Source: an uncultured Leptolinea sp. (GTDB lineage: Bacteria; Chloroflexota; Anaerolineae; Anaerolineales; Anaerolineaceae). From it: a stretch of 64,000 nt of DNA. The stretch spans positions 4,007 to 68,006 of the forward strand of contig CAIKMQ010000028.1 in the NCBI GenBank assembly GCA_903828565.1. Direction: 5' to 3'. The number at the start of each line of letters is the position of its first letter. The stretch's first letter is position 1. The notes below the pieces were generated by a model, which was given only the letters and a program-made list of their open reading frames with translations, had not been told where the DNA came from and ran no database searches. The position numbers were made by a program, and so were the translations under genes. This document shows positions 43,270 to 53,224 of this stretch, piece after piece.

Positions 43270-44643
43270 ATGAATGACATTTATCCCATATTTAAGTCAG
43301 ATGAAGACCCTGTACGTCATCAGCGAAAATCATTTTTGTCTGGTTGCTTCTATCATGCAATCGCTGCTTGTGACCCGTATCAGGCAGTGAAACGAAATCT
43401 ACAGCTAAATGGGAATACTCTCTTTACCAGCAATTCCACCTTTGAACTGGAGCCAGGTTCGCGAGTACACCTTTGTGCTTTAGGGAAAGCTGCAATCCCA
43501 ATGGCTCAAGCCGTTGTAGATGCGCTCGGTGATCTCTTTGCTGGTGGTATCGTTGTAACAAAATCCATCCCTCCTGAAGAAAGATTTGACGGGAGGTTGA
43601 AAGTTATGGCTGGGGACCACCCGCTCCCGGGAACTCTCAGCCTGCAGGCTGGAAAAGCTCTGATTGCTTATTGTCAGAATGTAATGGACCCGGATATCTT
43701 GATCTTCCTGATCTCCGGAGGAGGATCTAGTTTGGCTGTTCTTCCAGCTGATGATTTATCCCTGGAAGACTTACGGCAAATAAATGGCGCATTGCTGCGA
43801 TCACGGATTGCTATCGAAGGCATGAATGTTGTCCGAAGGCATCTGGATCTGGTAAAAAACGGGGGGTTGCTTTCTGCATCCGCTACAAGTCGTAATTTGA
43901 CACTGATCCTTTCTGATGTCATTAATGGCGAAGCATGTTCGGTTGCCTCCGGTCCGACAATTGCAGAAGGGTCTACCTTTTCAGACTGTATACATGTTTT
44001 AAGTGATGCCAGCATAATGCCCTTGATTCCAGTAAAGATACGTGCCTATTTGGAAGCCGGTAAAACACGAGAGGATGTTGAAATCGCAAGAAGTGTTACA
44101 CAAAAAACGGGACATCCGTTTTGTGTGATTGGAGACAATCACAAAGCAGTTACCGCGATAACAAAATTCGCAGAAGAAAATGGTTATTCAGTGTTCCTTT
44201 CTCAGGAACCGCTCAGCGGATCCCTGGAGTCGGAAGCGGAGCGGATCATTAACGATTTGGATGGAACAGTAGTGGATAATATGCAATTACCTCTTTTGAT
44301 GGTCTGGGGAGGAGAGGTGACCGTAAAGCGTAAAGGAAACGAACCGGGAGGACGAAATACCCATCTGAGTTTACTTCTCGCTGAAAAAATAGCCAGAAAA
44401 ACTGGAATATACGGGGCAGCTTTAGCCACCGATGGCGAAGATGGTACTTCTCCTGCAGCAGGTGCCTATTTCGATCACACAACTTTGGAGAGGGCAAAGT
44501 CCCTGGGTATCTCGGCTCGTGCTGCTATGGAGCAATTTGCCTCCTTTCGCTTCTTTTCAGCCCTGGGTGACATAGCCTGCTCAGGTTCAACCGGAACGAA
44601 CGTGAATGATATCGTGATTATGATAAAGGAGCCTGATCTATGA
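43270..44643 (+). CDS. glycerate 2-kinase / hydroxypyruvate-reductase-like MOFRL family protein
   Basis: 457 aa with an N-terminal DUF4147-like domain (LGKAAIPMAQA) and a C-terminal MOFRL domain (WGGEVTVKRKGNEPGGRNTHLSLLLA, TDGEDG). Confidence 0.75.
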   Translation: MNDIYPIFKSDEDPVRHQRKSFLSGCFYHAIAACDPYQAVKRNLQLNGNTLFTSNSTFELEPGSRVHLCALGKAAIPMAQAVVDALGDLFAGGIVVTKSIPPEERFDGRLKVMAGDHPLPGTLSLQAGKALIAYCQNVMDPDILIFLISGGGSSLAVLPADDLSLEDLRQINGALLRSRIAIEGMNVVRRHLDLVKNGGLLSASATSRNLTLILSDVINGEACSVASGPTIAEGSTFSDCIHVLSDASIMPLIPVKIRAYLEAGKTREDVEIARSVTQKTGHPFCVIGDNHKAVTAITKFAEENGYSVFLSQEPLSGSLESEAERIINDLDGTVVDNMQLPLLMVWGGEVTVKRKGNEPGGRNTHLSLLLAEKIARKTGIYGAALATDGEDGTSPAAGAYFDHTTLERAKSLGISARAAMEQFASFRFFSALGDIACSGSTGTNVNDIVIMIKEPDL

Positions 44644-45626
44644 ACAAATATAAAGTACTGCTGACCCATCCACTGCCTGCCGATTGGTTAGCTTCCGTTA
44701 GCGGCGAGGTGGATTGGGTGGTCGGTCCAGATAATTGCATGGGTATTTCCCCTGAGGTGAAGGCTTGCCTGCCGGAAGTGGATGGTATCCTTTCATTCCT
44801 TTGTGATCGGATTTCGGGAGAACATCTAGCCACTGCTGGGAAACTTAAAGTGATCAGTAATTATGCGGCAGGGACGGATAATATTGACCTGGCTGCCTGC
44901 TCACGGCAGGGGATCGCAGTCGGAAATACACCAGGTGCATTGACCGACGCTACGGCAGATCTTACGCTGGCTTTGATGCTTACCCTCTTAAGGCAACTAC
45001 CCCAGGCAGCAGAAGCAGCCAGAAAGGGGGATTGGAAGATGTGGTATGCGTCCCGCTGGCTGGGCGAAGGACTGCGGGGTGCAAAACTCGGAATTGTAGG
45101 AATGGGAAAGATCGGCAGTGAGGTAGCCAGGCGGGCGAGTGGTTTTGGGATGGAAATTATCTACACAGGCCGAAATCCTAAGCCGGAAATTGAGAGCGAA
45201 TTATCTGCCCGGTATGCAAAATTGCAGGAACTTCTAGCAGTGTGCGACATTGTTACATTACACGCCCCTCTGACGCAAGAGACTCATCACCTGATAAATG
45301 AGACAACCTTGAAGCTCATGAAACCAAACTCCATTTTGATTAATACCGCCCGAGGTGCGGAAGTAGAAACGAGTGCATTGGTACGTGCATTAAAAGAGGG
45401 TTGGATTAAGGCTGCTGGATTGGATGTTACCGATCCAGAGCCATTACCACCGGATCATCCCTTGTATGCATTCTCAAACTGCCTGATCCTACCGCACATT
45501 GGATCGGCAACTATCTCTGCCCGCAGAAAAATGGCAGAAATGGCATGCGCGAACCTGATGGCAGGTTTGCGGGGTGAGGCGTTAACTCATTGTGCCAATC
45601 CGGAGTACAAGGAACAGTTAAAATAG
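44640..45626 (+). CDS. D-isomer-specific 2-hydroxyacid dehydrogenase (glyoxylate/hydroxypyruvate reductase type)
   Basis: 328 aa with GIVGMGKIGSEVARRA, LINTARGAEVE and ILPHIGSAT. It overlaps the previous gene by 4 nt. Confidence 0.82.
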   Translation: MNKYKVLLTHPLPADWLASVSGEVDWVVGPDNCMGISPEVKACLPEVDGILSFLCDRISGEHLATAGKLKVISNYAAGTDNIDLAACSRQGIAVGNTPGALTDATADLTLALMLTLLRQLPQAAEAARKGDWKMWYASRWLGEGLRGAKLGIVGMGKIGSEVARRASGFGMEIIYTGRNPKPEIESELSARYAKLQELLAVCDIVTLHAPLTQETHHLINETTLKLMKPNSILINTARGAEVETSALVRALKEGWIKAAGLDVTDPEPLPPDHPLYAFSNCLILPHIGSATISARRKMAEMACANLMAGLRGEALTHCANPEYKEQLK

Positions 45627-45634
45627 GCAGAAAA

Positions 45635-46225
45635 TTATTTCTGAAGAATCGCTCCGCAATTCGGACAGCGGTTTTCAGATGCCCTGACCACATAGCCGCA
45701 TTGGAGACAGGTGGTTGGTTGAACTTCACCCAGAGGGGCACCGCAGGCTACGCAATTGCTTTCTCCTACTAAATTGGCAGAAGAGCAGAATGGGCACACC
45801 AACCTCCGAAGTTTCTCGGAAAGTTCCTGTGTAGCCTGGTGAGTGGCTGCGGTCTGGTCAATTACCCGCCAGATTTCATCTGTCAGTTGTAGTGATTCAA
45901 TATCCTGTGCCACATCGTCCAGGCGATAGAGTAATGAGAAAGGATTGCTGAGAGCAGCAAAAATAGTTTGCCCCAGGCTTGCAGCCACACCGAGCCAGGC
46001 TTGTTGGCCTAATTGAACAGCTACCCCATCATCGATCCGTGTTAGGGCGATTGTAATCGCCGTGCTACCGCCGGAATTTTGGAATTTCTGTGTAGCGACC
46101 TGAACAGCTGTCGAATCAGTTGACTGAATTTGCTGAGCGATATATTCACCACGATTAAATGCCGCGATCAGGTCCCGGGCAAAATCCTGTGGTGAGACTT
46201 CACCGTGGTAAATTTTATGCATCAT
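45635..46225 (-). CDS. uncharacterised protein with C-terminal double zinc ribbon
   Basis: 196 aa. The C-terminus is CPFCSS...CVACGA...CLQCGY...CPNCGA (four CxxC motifs). I do not recognise the N-terminal ~140 aa. Confidence 0.5.
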   Translation of the reverse strand: MMHKIYHGEVSPQDFARDLIAAFNRGEYIAQQIQSTDSTAVQVATQKFQNSGGSTAITIALTRIDDGVAVQLGQQAWLGVAASLGQTIFAALSNPFSLLYRLDDVAQDIESLQLTDEIWRVIDQTAATHQATQELSEKLRRLVCPFCSSANLVGESNCVACGAPLGEVQPTTCLQCGYVVRASENRCPNCGAILQK

Positions 46226-46277
46226 AATTCGATTATAATCTTTATTTATATGAAGCTGTCAATGATAGAGGTAAGGT

Positions 46278-46907
46278 ATGCATAAGAAGTTGTCGCGCAT
46301 GACGAGCGTTGTTTTCCTGTTCATCATGATCTTCTTTTCCGTGAATGGGCTGGTGGATGTGCAGGCACAGCAACTAACACCTGTCATCCCGACAGCCGCG
46401 ATGGCGACAGTGACAGGTACTCCGACTGGACCGTATATCACAGTGAACGCTGACCAAGATCAGATCAACGTTCGCGAGTGCCCGAACACTACAACCTGTT
46501 CAATCATCGGTGTTCTTCTGCCCGGAGAGACCCGGCCAGCAAAGGGCCGTTCTCCGGGAGGTGAGTGGATCATGATCGAATACCCGTTTCCTCCAAACGG
46601 GGTTGCTTGGGTACATTCCTCCCTCGTAACGGTCTCGCCAGGATTTTTGAACGTAATTGAGCCACCCGCGACACCGACACCCCTCGTTACCGCAACGGTG
46701 GATCCTACACTGGCAGCCCAATTTATTGTGACAGCTGTTCCTACACGTCTACCAACTTTTACCCAACCAGCACCTCTGGATATTCCGACATTGATACCCG
46801 AAGTAAATCCAGGCATCGTCCCCAATGTTCCGATGGGAATGGTCATCGCCGTCCTGGCTGCTCTGGGTATTTTCGGCGGTTTTATTAGTCTGATACGAGG
46901 AAAATGA
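46278..46907 (+). CDS. SH3b-like domain protein with N-terminal signal/anchor and C-terminal TM helix
   Basis: 209 aa with a hydrophobic N-terminus, an SH3_3-like core (INVRECPNTTTCSIIGVLLPGETRPAKGRSPGGEWIMIEY), a Pro/Thr-rich linker and a C-terminal TM helix. Confidence 0.5.
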   Translation: MHKKLSRMTSVVFLFIMIFFSVNGLVDVQAQQLTPVIPTAAMATVTGTPTGPYITVNADQDQINVRECPNTTTCSIIGVLLPGETRPAKGRSPGGEWIMIEYPFPPNGVAWVHSSLVTVSPGFLNVIEPPATPTPLVTATVDPTLAAQFIVTAVPTRLPTFTQPAPLDIPTLIPEVNPGIVPNVPMGMVIAVLAALGIFGGFISLIRGK

Positions 46908-46961
46908 CGGGTGTCCTAATTGGACATTCAGGAGATCTACTTGGATAAACATATTCTTAGC

Positions 46962-47372
46962 ATGAAACCAGGCAAACGCATTGCCTTGATTGCCCATGAT
47001 TGTCGAAAAAATGACCTGGTTGAATGGGTACAGTTCAATAAGGGGACATTAAGCCGACATCACCTGTATGCAACCTTATCGACAGGTAAGTTGATCATGA
47101 AAGAAACCGGACTGTCAGTGCAAACATTCAAGAGCGGCCCATTAGGTGGCGACCAGCAGATTGGGGCTAAGATCGTTGAAGGGGACTTAGATTTCCTAAT
47201 CTTCTTTTGGGATCCACTGTCTCCACAGCCTCACGATCCCGATGTAAAAGCGCTCTTGCGCATAGCCGTCCTTTACAATATTCCGACTGCATCAAATAGA
47301 GCTACGGCAGATTTTATCATCTCATCTCATCTGATGGATGAAGTGTACGAACGCGTCGTGGAATTAGAATGA
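46962..47372 (+). CDS. mgsA: methylglyoxal synthase
   Basis: The start is set at ATG 46962 ([13 protein letters not shown]), by comparison with MgsA N-termini I know. It contains [11 protein letters not shown] and [28 protein letters not shown]. Confidence 0.88.
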   Translation: MKPGKRIALIAHDCRKNDLVEWVQFNKGTLSRHHLYATLSTGKLIMKETGLSVQTFKSGPLGGDQQIGAKIVEGDLDFLIFFWDPLSPQPHDPDVKALLRIAVLYNIPTASNRATADFIISSHLMDEVYERVVELE

Positions 47373-48652
47373 GTTTTGCACGTCTTCATGCACCCCGCTT
47401 GAATATCAATCAGGGTGTGCCGGACCAGTATAAAAACACCTTCACTTACCTATATCTGGATATTGCCTGGTTTGGTGTGCTTAACGGCAGTATATTAACC
47501 TTCATCACAGTCTATGCGGCGCGTATTGGGGCAACAGCTGAGCAGGTGGGTTATTTAAGCGCCATTCCTGCAGTCGTGGCGATTTTACTCGCTATCCCAT
47601 CCGGAACATGGCTTCAGAAGGGGGATACCAATAAGCGTGTCGTCCTATCATCTATTGCTCATCGTTTCTTTTATATTGGTTTAATCTTTATCCCGTTCCT
47701 AGTTTCGAAGTCTTTACAGGTCAACATGATCATCTACCTGATCCTGGTGATGAGTTTGCCAGGTACAGCTCTTCAGGTAGGTTTTAGTAATCTATTTGCT
47801 GAAACTGTCCCGCCAGCTTGGAGGGGGCATGTTGCTGGAGTTCGTAACGCTCTTTTTTCTTTGATCTCAATTCTTGTGCTGTTGCTCAGCGGACAAATAC
47901 TAAAGATTGTTATCTTTCCATTAAATTACCAAATCGTATTTGGGCTGGGATTTATTGGAGCCATGCTCAGTAGCCTGTATTTGTGGTTGACCAGTAAATC
48001 ACATGCTTTGAATATAACCCCTGAAATGACTGTTCACGATAATCCATCTGTAGATCCCGCTGTGGATCTTGATAGAAATAAAGTCTTTAAGCTAGCACTT
48101 CCAAATATTAAAGAGAACCTTGGTTTCTACCGGGTGATGGGAGTGTTATTCTTCTTAAATCTGGCAATTTATCTTGCCTCTCCGGTTTTTCCAATCTACT
48201 GGGTCAACCACCTGCATCTAACAGATCAAGTGATCAGTATTGGTAACGGTTTGTTCTTTGTGACCAATTTCATAGGATCCACGCAGATCTCGCGTTTAGC
48301 CGGAAAATACGGGAACCGGTATGTGATCGGCGCAGGGGCGATCTTAATGGCATTTTATCCAACAGTTCTGGGGATAAGCACCGGGCCTGTTCTGTACTAT
48401 GTTACCTCATTGGGCGGGGGACTCGCATCCTCCCTGGTTGGCGGGCTATTGATCAACTACCTGCTGGAGCAGACCCCTGAAAAGCGGCGTCCGCAATATC
48501 TGGCTGTATACAGCATATTTCTATACGCGGCAGTATTAATTGGCAGCCTGGCAGGCCCGGCCTTCGGTACCTGGATCGGTTTACAGACAGCAATGTTTGT
48601 GTTCGCGGCGATCCGTTTACTGGCTGGTATCAGCGTTCTTGCCTTGCGTTAA
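47369..48652 (+). CDS. MFS-type transporter
   Basis: 427 aa with about 12 TM helices. It overlaps the mgsA stop by 4 nt. Confidence 0.65.
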   Translation: MSFARLHAPRLNINQGVPDQYKNTFTYLYLDIAWFGVLNGSILTFITVYAARIGATAEQVGYLSAIPAVVAILLAIPSGTWLQKGDTNKRVVLSSIAHRFFYIGLIFIPFLVSKSLQVNMIIYLILVMSLPGTALQVGFSNLFAETVPPAWRGHVAGVRNALFSLISILVLLLSGQILKIVIFPLNYQIVFGLGFIGAMLSSLYLWLTSKSHALNITPEMTVHDNPSVDPAVDLDRNKVFKLALPNIKENLGFYRVMGVLFFLNLAIYLASPVFPIYWVNHLHLTDQVISIGNGLFFVTNFIGSTQISRLAGKYGNRYVIGAGAILMAFYPTVLGISTGPVLYYVTSLGGGLASSLVGGLLINYLLEQTPEKRRPQYLAVYSIFLYAAVLIGSLAGPAFGTWIGLQTAMFVFAAIRLLAGISVLALR

Positions 48653-48670
48653 TATGTTAGAATCTCCCTC

Positions 48671-49126
48671 ATGGATGAGAAGACCGTTGCCCGAAATAAA
48701 AAAGCGGGCTTCGAGTATTTTTTACTCGAACACATTGAAGCAGGCATTGCACTCCAGGGTTCTGAAATAAAATCCATAAAAAATGGACAAATGAGCCTGC
48801 AAGAGGCGTTTGTTGAAATTAAAAATGGCGAAGCCTGGCTGATGAATTCACATATTGCCCCTTACTTACAGGCTAACCGGTATAACCATGACCCGCTGCG
48901 TCCGCGGCGCCTGCTGCTGCACAAGAAAGAGATCCGCAAGCTACATGAGCAGGTGAAGATCAAAGGGGTTACCATCGTTCCGGTTCGCGTTTATATCCTG
49001 AATGGAAAAGCAAAAGTTGAAATCGCTGTTGGCAAGGGGAAGAAGCTGTTTGATAAGCGAGACGCCATTGCCGAGCGTGATAGAGATAGAGAAGCAAAGC
49101 GAGCGAACGCATCTGAGGGATGGTAA
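48671..49126 (+). CDS. smpB: SsrA-binding protein
   Basis: 151 aa with KNKKAGFEYFLLEHIEAGIALQGSEIKS, RRLLLHKKEI and a basic C-terminal tail. Confidence 0.93.
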   Translation: MDEKTVARNKKAGFEYFLLEHIEAGIALQGSEIKSIKNGQMSLQEAFVEIKNGEAWLMNSHIAPYLQANRYNHDPLRPRRLLLHKKEIRKLHEQVKIKGVTIVPVRVYILNGKAKVEIAVGKGKKLFDKRDAIAERDRDREAKRANASEGW

Positions 49127-49129
49127 TAA

Positions 49130-49840
49130 ATGCTGCATAATAACCTGTTCGCCTTCATAATTACTTTGACGTTGTCCATCCTCTGGTTGAGGTTTGTTGG
49201 TTATGCGACCGTTCGCCATTGGATTCCGAACACGATCAGCCGGAAAGTGATCCATATTGGTACAGGTCCCCTGTTTGTTGCGTGTTGGGTATTATTTGAT
49301 GGTTCAGTTTATTCGCGCTACATAGCGGCGATTGTTCCGTTGATCTCCACGGTTCAATTCTTCCTTGCAGGCATCGGTAAACTTAAAGACCGCGGTGCGA
49401 TTGAATCCATGTCTCGCAGCGGTGATCACCGCGAACTACTCAATGGGCCATTTTTATATGGGATAGCATTTATTGTGGTCACTCTAGTATTTTGGATGGA
49501 TTCCCTCGTAGGCATTGTTGCCCTGATGGTTCTTTGCGGTGGAGATGGATTAGCAGATATTTTCGGGAAGCGGTTTGGAAGTAAATTACTACCGTGGTCC
49601 CAAAAGAAAACCTGGGCTGGCAGTCTAGCCATGCTAGCAGGGGGATATGCCCTCAGCTTATTGATCACTGGATTATTAATGATCACAGGCGCAGTAGTAG
49701 AAGGTTTTCCAGTTATTTTATTGAAATTGGTCGGTGTTGTCCTTGTTTCCACAATTGTTGAATCTGTATCTCGTTCTGATGTAGATAATCTCACCGTACC
49801 TGTCGCCGCTATCATCAGCGGTATATTACTGCAATTATAG
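49130..49840 (+). CDS. CTP-dependent polyprenol/phytol/dolichol kinase family membrane protein
   Basis: 236 aa, polytopic, with RKVIHIGTGP and GGDGLADIFGKRFG...KTWAGSLAM, typical of the phytol/dolichol kinase and CdsA superfamily. Confidence 0.6.
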   Translation: MLHNNLFAFIITLTLSILWLRFVGYATVRHWIPNTISRKVIHIGTGPLFVACWVLFDGSVYSRYIAAIVPLISTVQFFLAGIGKLKDRGAIESMSRSGDHRELLNGPFLYGIAFIVVTLVFWMDSLVGIVALMVLCGGDGLADIFGKRFGSKLLPWSQKKTWAGSLAMLAGGYALSLLITGLLMITGAVVEGFPVILLKLVGVVLVSTIVESVSRSDVDNLTVPVAAIISGILLQL

Positions 49841-49847
49841 GAGCCCC

Positions 49848-51392
49848 ATGATCGAACTGAACGGGAATCATCTGGAAATTAAGGATGTCTGGAGCGTTGC
49901 CAGTGGTAAAGAAGTTGTCACTGTATCTACTGAGGCCATTCAGAGAATGGAAGAATCTCACGGCTGGGTTGAAAAGATCAGCAATGGAGATGTGCCTGTT
50001 TACGGGATCAATACTGGGTTCGGGATCTTTGCAGACAAGAAGATATCCCGCGAAGATACCAGATCGCTAACACGAAATCTGATCCTTAGCCACTCGGTGG
50101 GGATGGGTGATCCTCTTCCACCTGAAATGGTTCGAGCTGCCATGCTGGTTCGGGCAAATACCCTGGTAAAGGGCTATTCAGGTGTTCGTCCAATCATCGT
50201 CCATACACTAATAGAGATGTTAAACAAAGGGGTCACTCCGATCGTCCCATCACAGGGATCTATGGGTTCTTCCGGTGATCTCGGCCCTCTCTCCCATCTC
50301 GCACTGGTCGTAACGACCGATAAGAATGACCTGGAAAGTGATTCCGGTTATGCCTTGTACCAGAGTAAGCAAATGACCGGAAAGGCAGCAATGGCTGCTG
50401 CCGGTATTCCACGATTGATCCTGGGACCGAAAGAAGGGTTGGCTATGAACAATGGCGCAACCTTCTCGGCAGCAATTGGTGCTGTCACAACCAACGAGGC
50501 AAGCAGATTGTTTCACGCAGCAAATCTTGCTCTTGCCATGACCATGGAGGCTTTACAAGGTCTATCAACTGCATTTGACGAGCGCATTCACTTATCTCGG
50601 GGTCAACTGGGACAGATCAAGACAGCTGCCGAAGTGCGGGAGTACCTTGCGGGCAGTTCGCTCATTGGCAGCACTGCTCGGGTGCAGGATGCATACAGCC
50701 TGCGTTGTGCTCCCCAGGTCCATGGGGCATCGTGGGATGCCATTGTCCATACTGCGCAGATATTGAGTCGCGAGATCAATGCGGCTACCGATAATCCGCT
50801 CCTTTTTGGTGAAGGAACAGCCTTGTCTGGCGGAAATTTCCACGGAGAGCCGGTGGGGATGGTACTCGATTATCTTACGATCGCGCTGGCAGAATTAGGT
50901 GCAATCTCGGAAAGGAGGATCTTCAGACTGACAGACGGCAATCTGAACGCAGGTCTTCCCTCCATGCTGGTGGATGGACCGAAAGCAGCTGGTTTAAATA
51001 GCGGATTAATGATGTGCCAGTATACTGCCGCCTCGCTTGTATTGGAATCCCAGACGTTATCCATGCCAGATACCGTCCACTCCCTGCCAACCTCTGGCGG
51101 CCAGGAAGATCACAATGCGAATTCCATGACAGCTGCAAGACACGCATACCAGGTGCTCCAGAACTCCTGGAAGATCATAGCGATTGAACTGTTCACAGCA
51201 TCACGCGGGCTAGATATTCGCCTGCGCACATCACCGGAATTCCATGCCAGCCCGGTGATCGAAAAAGTGCACCGCAATATCCGCGAAATACTACCATACC
51301 ATGCCGATGACCGAACGTGGGGTGCTGATGTTGAAACTCTACTGCGATCGGTCATGGATGGCACGATAAGCCTGCCTAATCTGGAAGGTTGA
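49848..51392 (+). CDS. hutH: histidine ammonia-lyase (MIO-dependent aromatic amino acid lyase family)
   Basis: 514 aa. The MIO region is GSMGSSGDLGPLSH (Ser141-Ser142-Gly143). LILSHSVGMG carries the HAL-type Ser-His selectivity pair. NPL and NFHGEP motifs are also present. Confidence 0.82.
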   Translation: MIELNGNHLEIKDVWSVASGKEVVTVSTEAIQRMEESHGWVEKISNGDVPVYGINTGFGIFADKKISREDTRSLTRNLILSHSVGMGDPLPPEMVRAAMLVRANTLVKGYSGVRPIIVHTLIEMLNKGVTPIVPSQGSMGSSGDLGPLSHLALVVTTDKNDLESDSGYALYQSKQMTGKAAMAAAGIPRLILGPKEGLAMNNGATFSAAIGAVTTNEASRLFHAANLALAMTMEALQGLSTAFDERIHLSRGQLGQIKTAAEVREYLAGSSLIGSTARVQDAYSLRCAPQVHGASWDAIVHTAQILSREINAATDNPLLFGEGTALSGGNFHGEPVGMVLDYLTIALAELGAISERRIFRLTDGNLNAGLPSMLVDGPKAAGLNSGLMMCQYTAASLVLESQTLSMPDTVHSLPTSGGQEDHNANSMTAARHAYQVLQNSWKIIAIELFTASRGLDIRLRTSPEFHASPVIEKVHRNIREILPYHADDRTWGADVETLLRSVMDGTISLPNLEG

Positions 51393-51432
51393 CTCAGAAC
51401 AATAATCGATTATTGTTGAGTTACTGAAAAAA

Positions 51433-52509
51433 ATGAACAGAAGGACTTTTATAAAATCATCTCTTGGTGTTGCTGCCGGGTTATACCTGAACAGTCTACC
51501 CAAAGAAGTACTGGCTCAGGCTGAAATCCCCAAGGGAGTCTTGTTGGGTCGGTTATGTACAGGTGGAGAAGGTTCACCCTTCGATATTAAGGCGAAACCC
51601 GATATCAATTCGCAAACCATTGGAACTTATTACCATGACGATATTGTTCCCTGGCTGAGGGAGGTTGCTGCATCCCGTATGAATCTATCTGAGTTTAATC
51701 AACGTTGGGTTGAGACCGACAAAGGGTATATTGATAGTGCGAATGTTCAGCCTGTAAAAAATGAGTTCAATCCGGTGATCACCCAGATACCTGCTTACGG
51801 AGCCAACCCCGGAATGTGGGTTGAGATTACCGTCCCCTATGCAGATCTTGTCTTAACTCAATCGCCCAGCGGGTACTGGTTGCGGACAGTCAACAGACCA
51901 CGTGTTTACTATCGCCAGGTATTCTGGTGTGACCAGGTGTCACAAGATCAAGAAGGACGCATCCTTTACCGATTATCTGAGCGTGTTGGCAGCCTACCAG
52001 ATTATTATTACGCACCTGCCGAGATGTGCAGAATGATACCGCCTGAGGAGATGACAGTCCTAAGCCCGGATGTGGAAGATAAAAAACTGGTTGTCAATTT
52101 AATGCGGCAAACGATTACCGCCTATGAAAATGGACGCGAAGTCTACTATTGCCGGGTGGCGACAGGTCCGCGTTTAAACGAAGGATGGGCAACACCTCCT
52201 GGTGATCACCCGATCTGGCGAAAACTGGTCTCTCTACATATGAGCGCGAATGCATCCAAAGGAGAAGCCTTTGATACATCCGGTATTGGTTGGACGACCC
52301 TCTTTACTTCTGACGGCGTAGCTATCCATTCGGCTTTCTGGCATAATGAATTTGGAAAAGCTAGATCACACGGATGCGTGAACTGTATGCCTGATGATGC
52401 AAAGTGGATCTGGCGCTGGACATTACCCCATGTGGAATATGACCCGGGAGATATAGTGATACAGGGAATGAGTTCATCCACCCGTGTGACTGTTGAGGTT
52501 GGAGAATAA
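51433..52509 (+). CDS. L,D-transpeptidase (YkuD domain) with twin-arginine signal peptide
   Basis: 358 aa with the Tat motif MNRRTFIKSSLGVAAG...AQA and a C-terminal YkuD catalytic segment (IHSAFWHNEFGKARSHGCVNC). Confidence 0.8.
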   Translation: MNRRTFIKSSLGVAAGLYLNSLPKEVLAQAEIPKGVLLGRLCTGGEGSPFDIKAKPDINSQTIGTYYHDDIVPWLREVAASRMNLSEFNQRWVETDKGYIDSANVQPVKNEFNPVITQIPAYGANPGMWVEITVPYADLVLTQSPSGYWLRTVNRPRVYYRQVFWCDQVSQDQEGRILYRLSERVGSLPDYYYAPAEMCRMIPPEEMTVLSPDVEDKKLVVNLMRQTITAYENGREVYYCRVATGPRLNEGWATPPGDHPIWRKLVSLHMSANASKGEAFDTSGIGWTTLFTSDGVAIHSAFWHNEFGKARSHGCVNCMPDDAKWIWRWTLPHVEYDPGDIVIQGMSSSTRVTVEVGE

Positions 52510-53222
52510 TGGATCTTTCTATTGGAATAGCATTTATTGGCGGGTTGGCAAGTTTTGTGTCTCCCTGCGTGTTTCCCCTGGTACCGGCATATATCGGTTA
52601 CCTGAGTGGCCGTGCGATCAATGCAAGCGAAGCCACTTCTAACGACCGCTGGAAGACAGTAAGCCATGGCTTAGCCTTCATTTTAGGCTTTAGCGTGGTT
52701 TTTATTACTCTTGGCTTAGCTTTCTCTGCAATTGGTGGTTTGCTGGATGCTGTAAAAGACGCACTGGCAAAAGTGGGTGGCTTGGTTGTGATCCTTTTCG
52801 GAATCCATATGACCGGGTTGATACGGTTCAAATTCCTCGAATATGACCTGAGAAGGATGAGCCCGTTATCGGCAAAATACGGGTATTTATCTTCATTCTT
52901 AATGGGGATATTTTTCTCTGCTGGGTGGTCCCCCTGTATTGGGCCTGTTTTAGCTGCCATCCTGACTCTTGCAATGAATTCTGGCAATCTTGGTCAGGGA
53001 GCCTTACTGCTTGGGTTCTATTCCCTTGGCCTGGGATTACCTTTCCTTGTAGCAGCTTTCGGGTTATCCTGGGTGACCGGGTTTTTGGCAAAACATCGAA
53101 AAGCATTAAGAGTTACAGAAATAATCATGGGCGTGATCTTGATTACCATCGGGCTTATGCTTATTAGCAATACTTTTTCTCTGATTGCCCAGTACAGCGG
53201 TGTTGTTATTCCCGGGCTTTAG
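52509..53222 (+). CDS. ccdA: cytochrome c biogenesis/thiol-disulfide transfer membrane protein CcdA (DsbD family)
   Basis: 237 aa with six TM helices. The conserved Cys residues are in SPCVFPLVP and SPCIGPVL. Confidence 0.85.
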   Translation: MDLSIGIAFIGGLASFVSPCVFPLVPAYIGYLSGRAINASEATSNDRWKTVSHGLAFILGFSVVFITLGLAFSAIGGLLDAVKDALAKVGGLVVILFGIHMTGLIRFKFLEYDLRRMSPLSAKYGYLSSFLMGIFFSAGWSPCIGPVLAAILTLAMNSGNLGQGALLLGFYSLGLGLPFLVAAFGLSWVTGFLAKHRKALRVTEIIMGVILITIGLMLISNTFSLIAQYSGVVIPGL

Positions 53223-53224
53223 TT

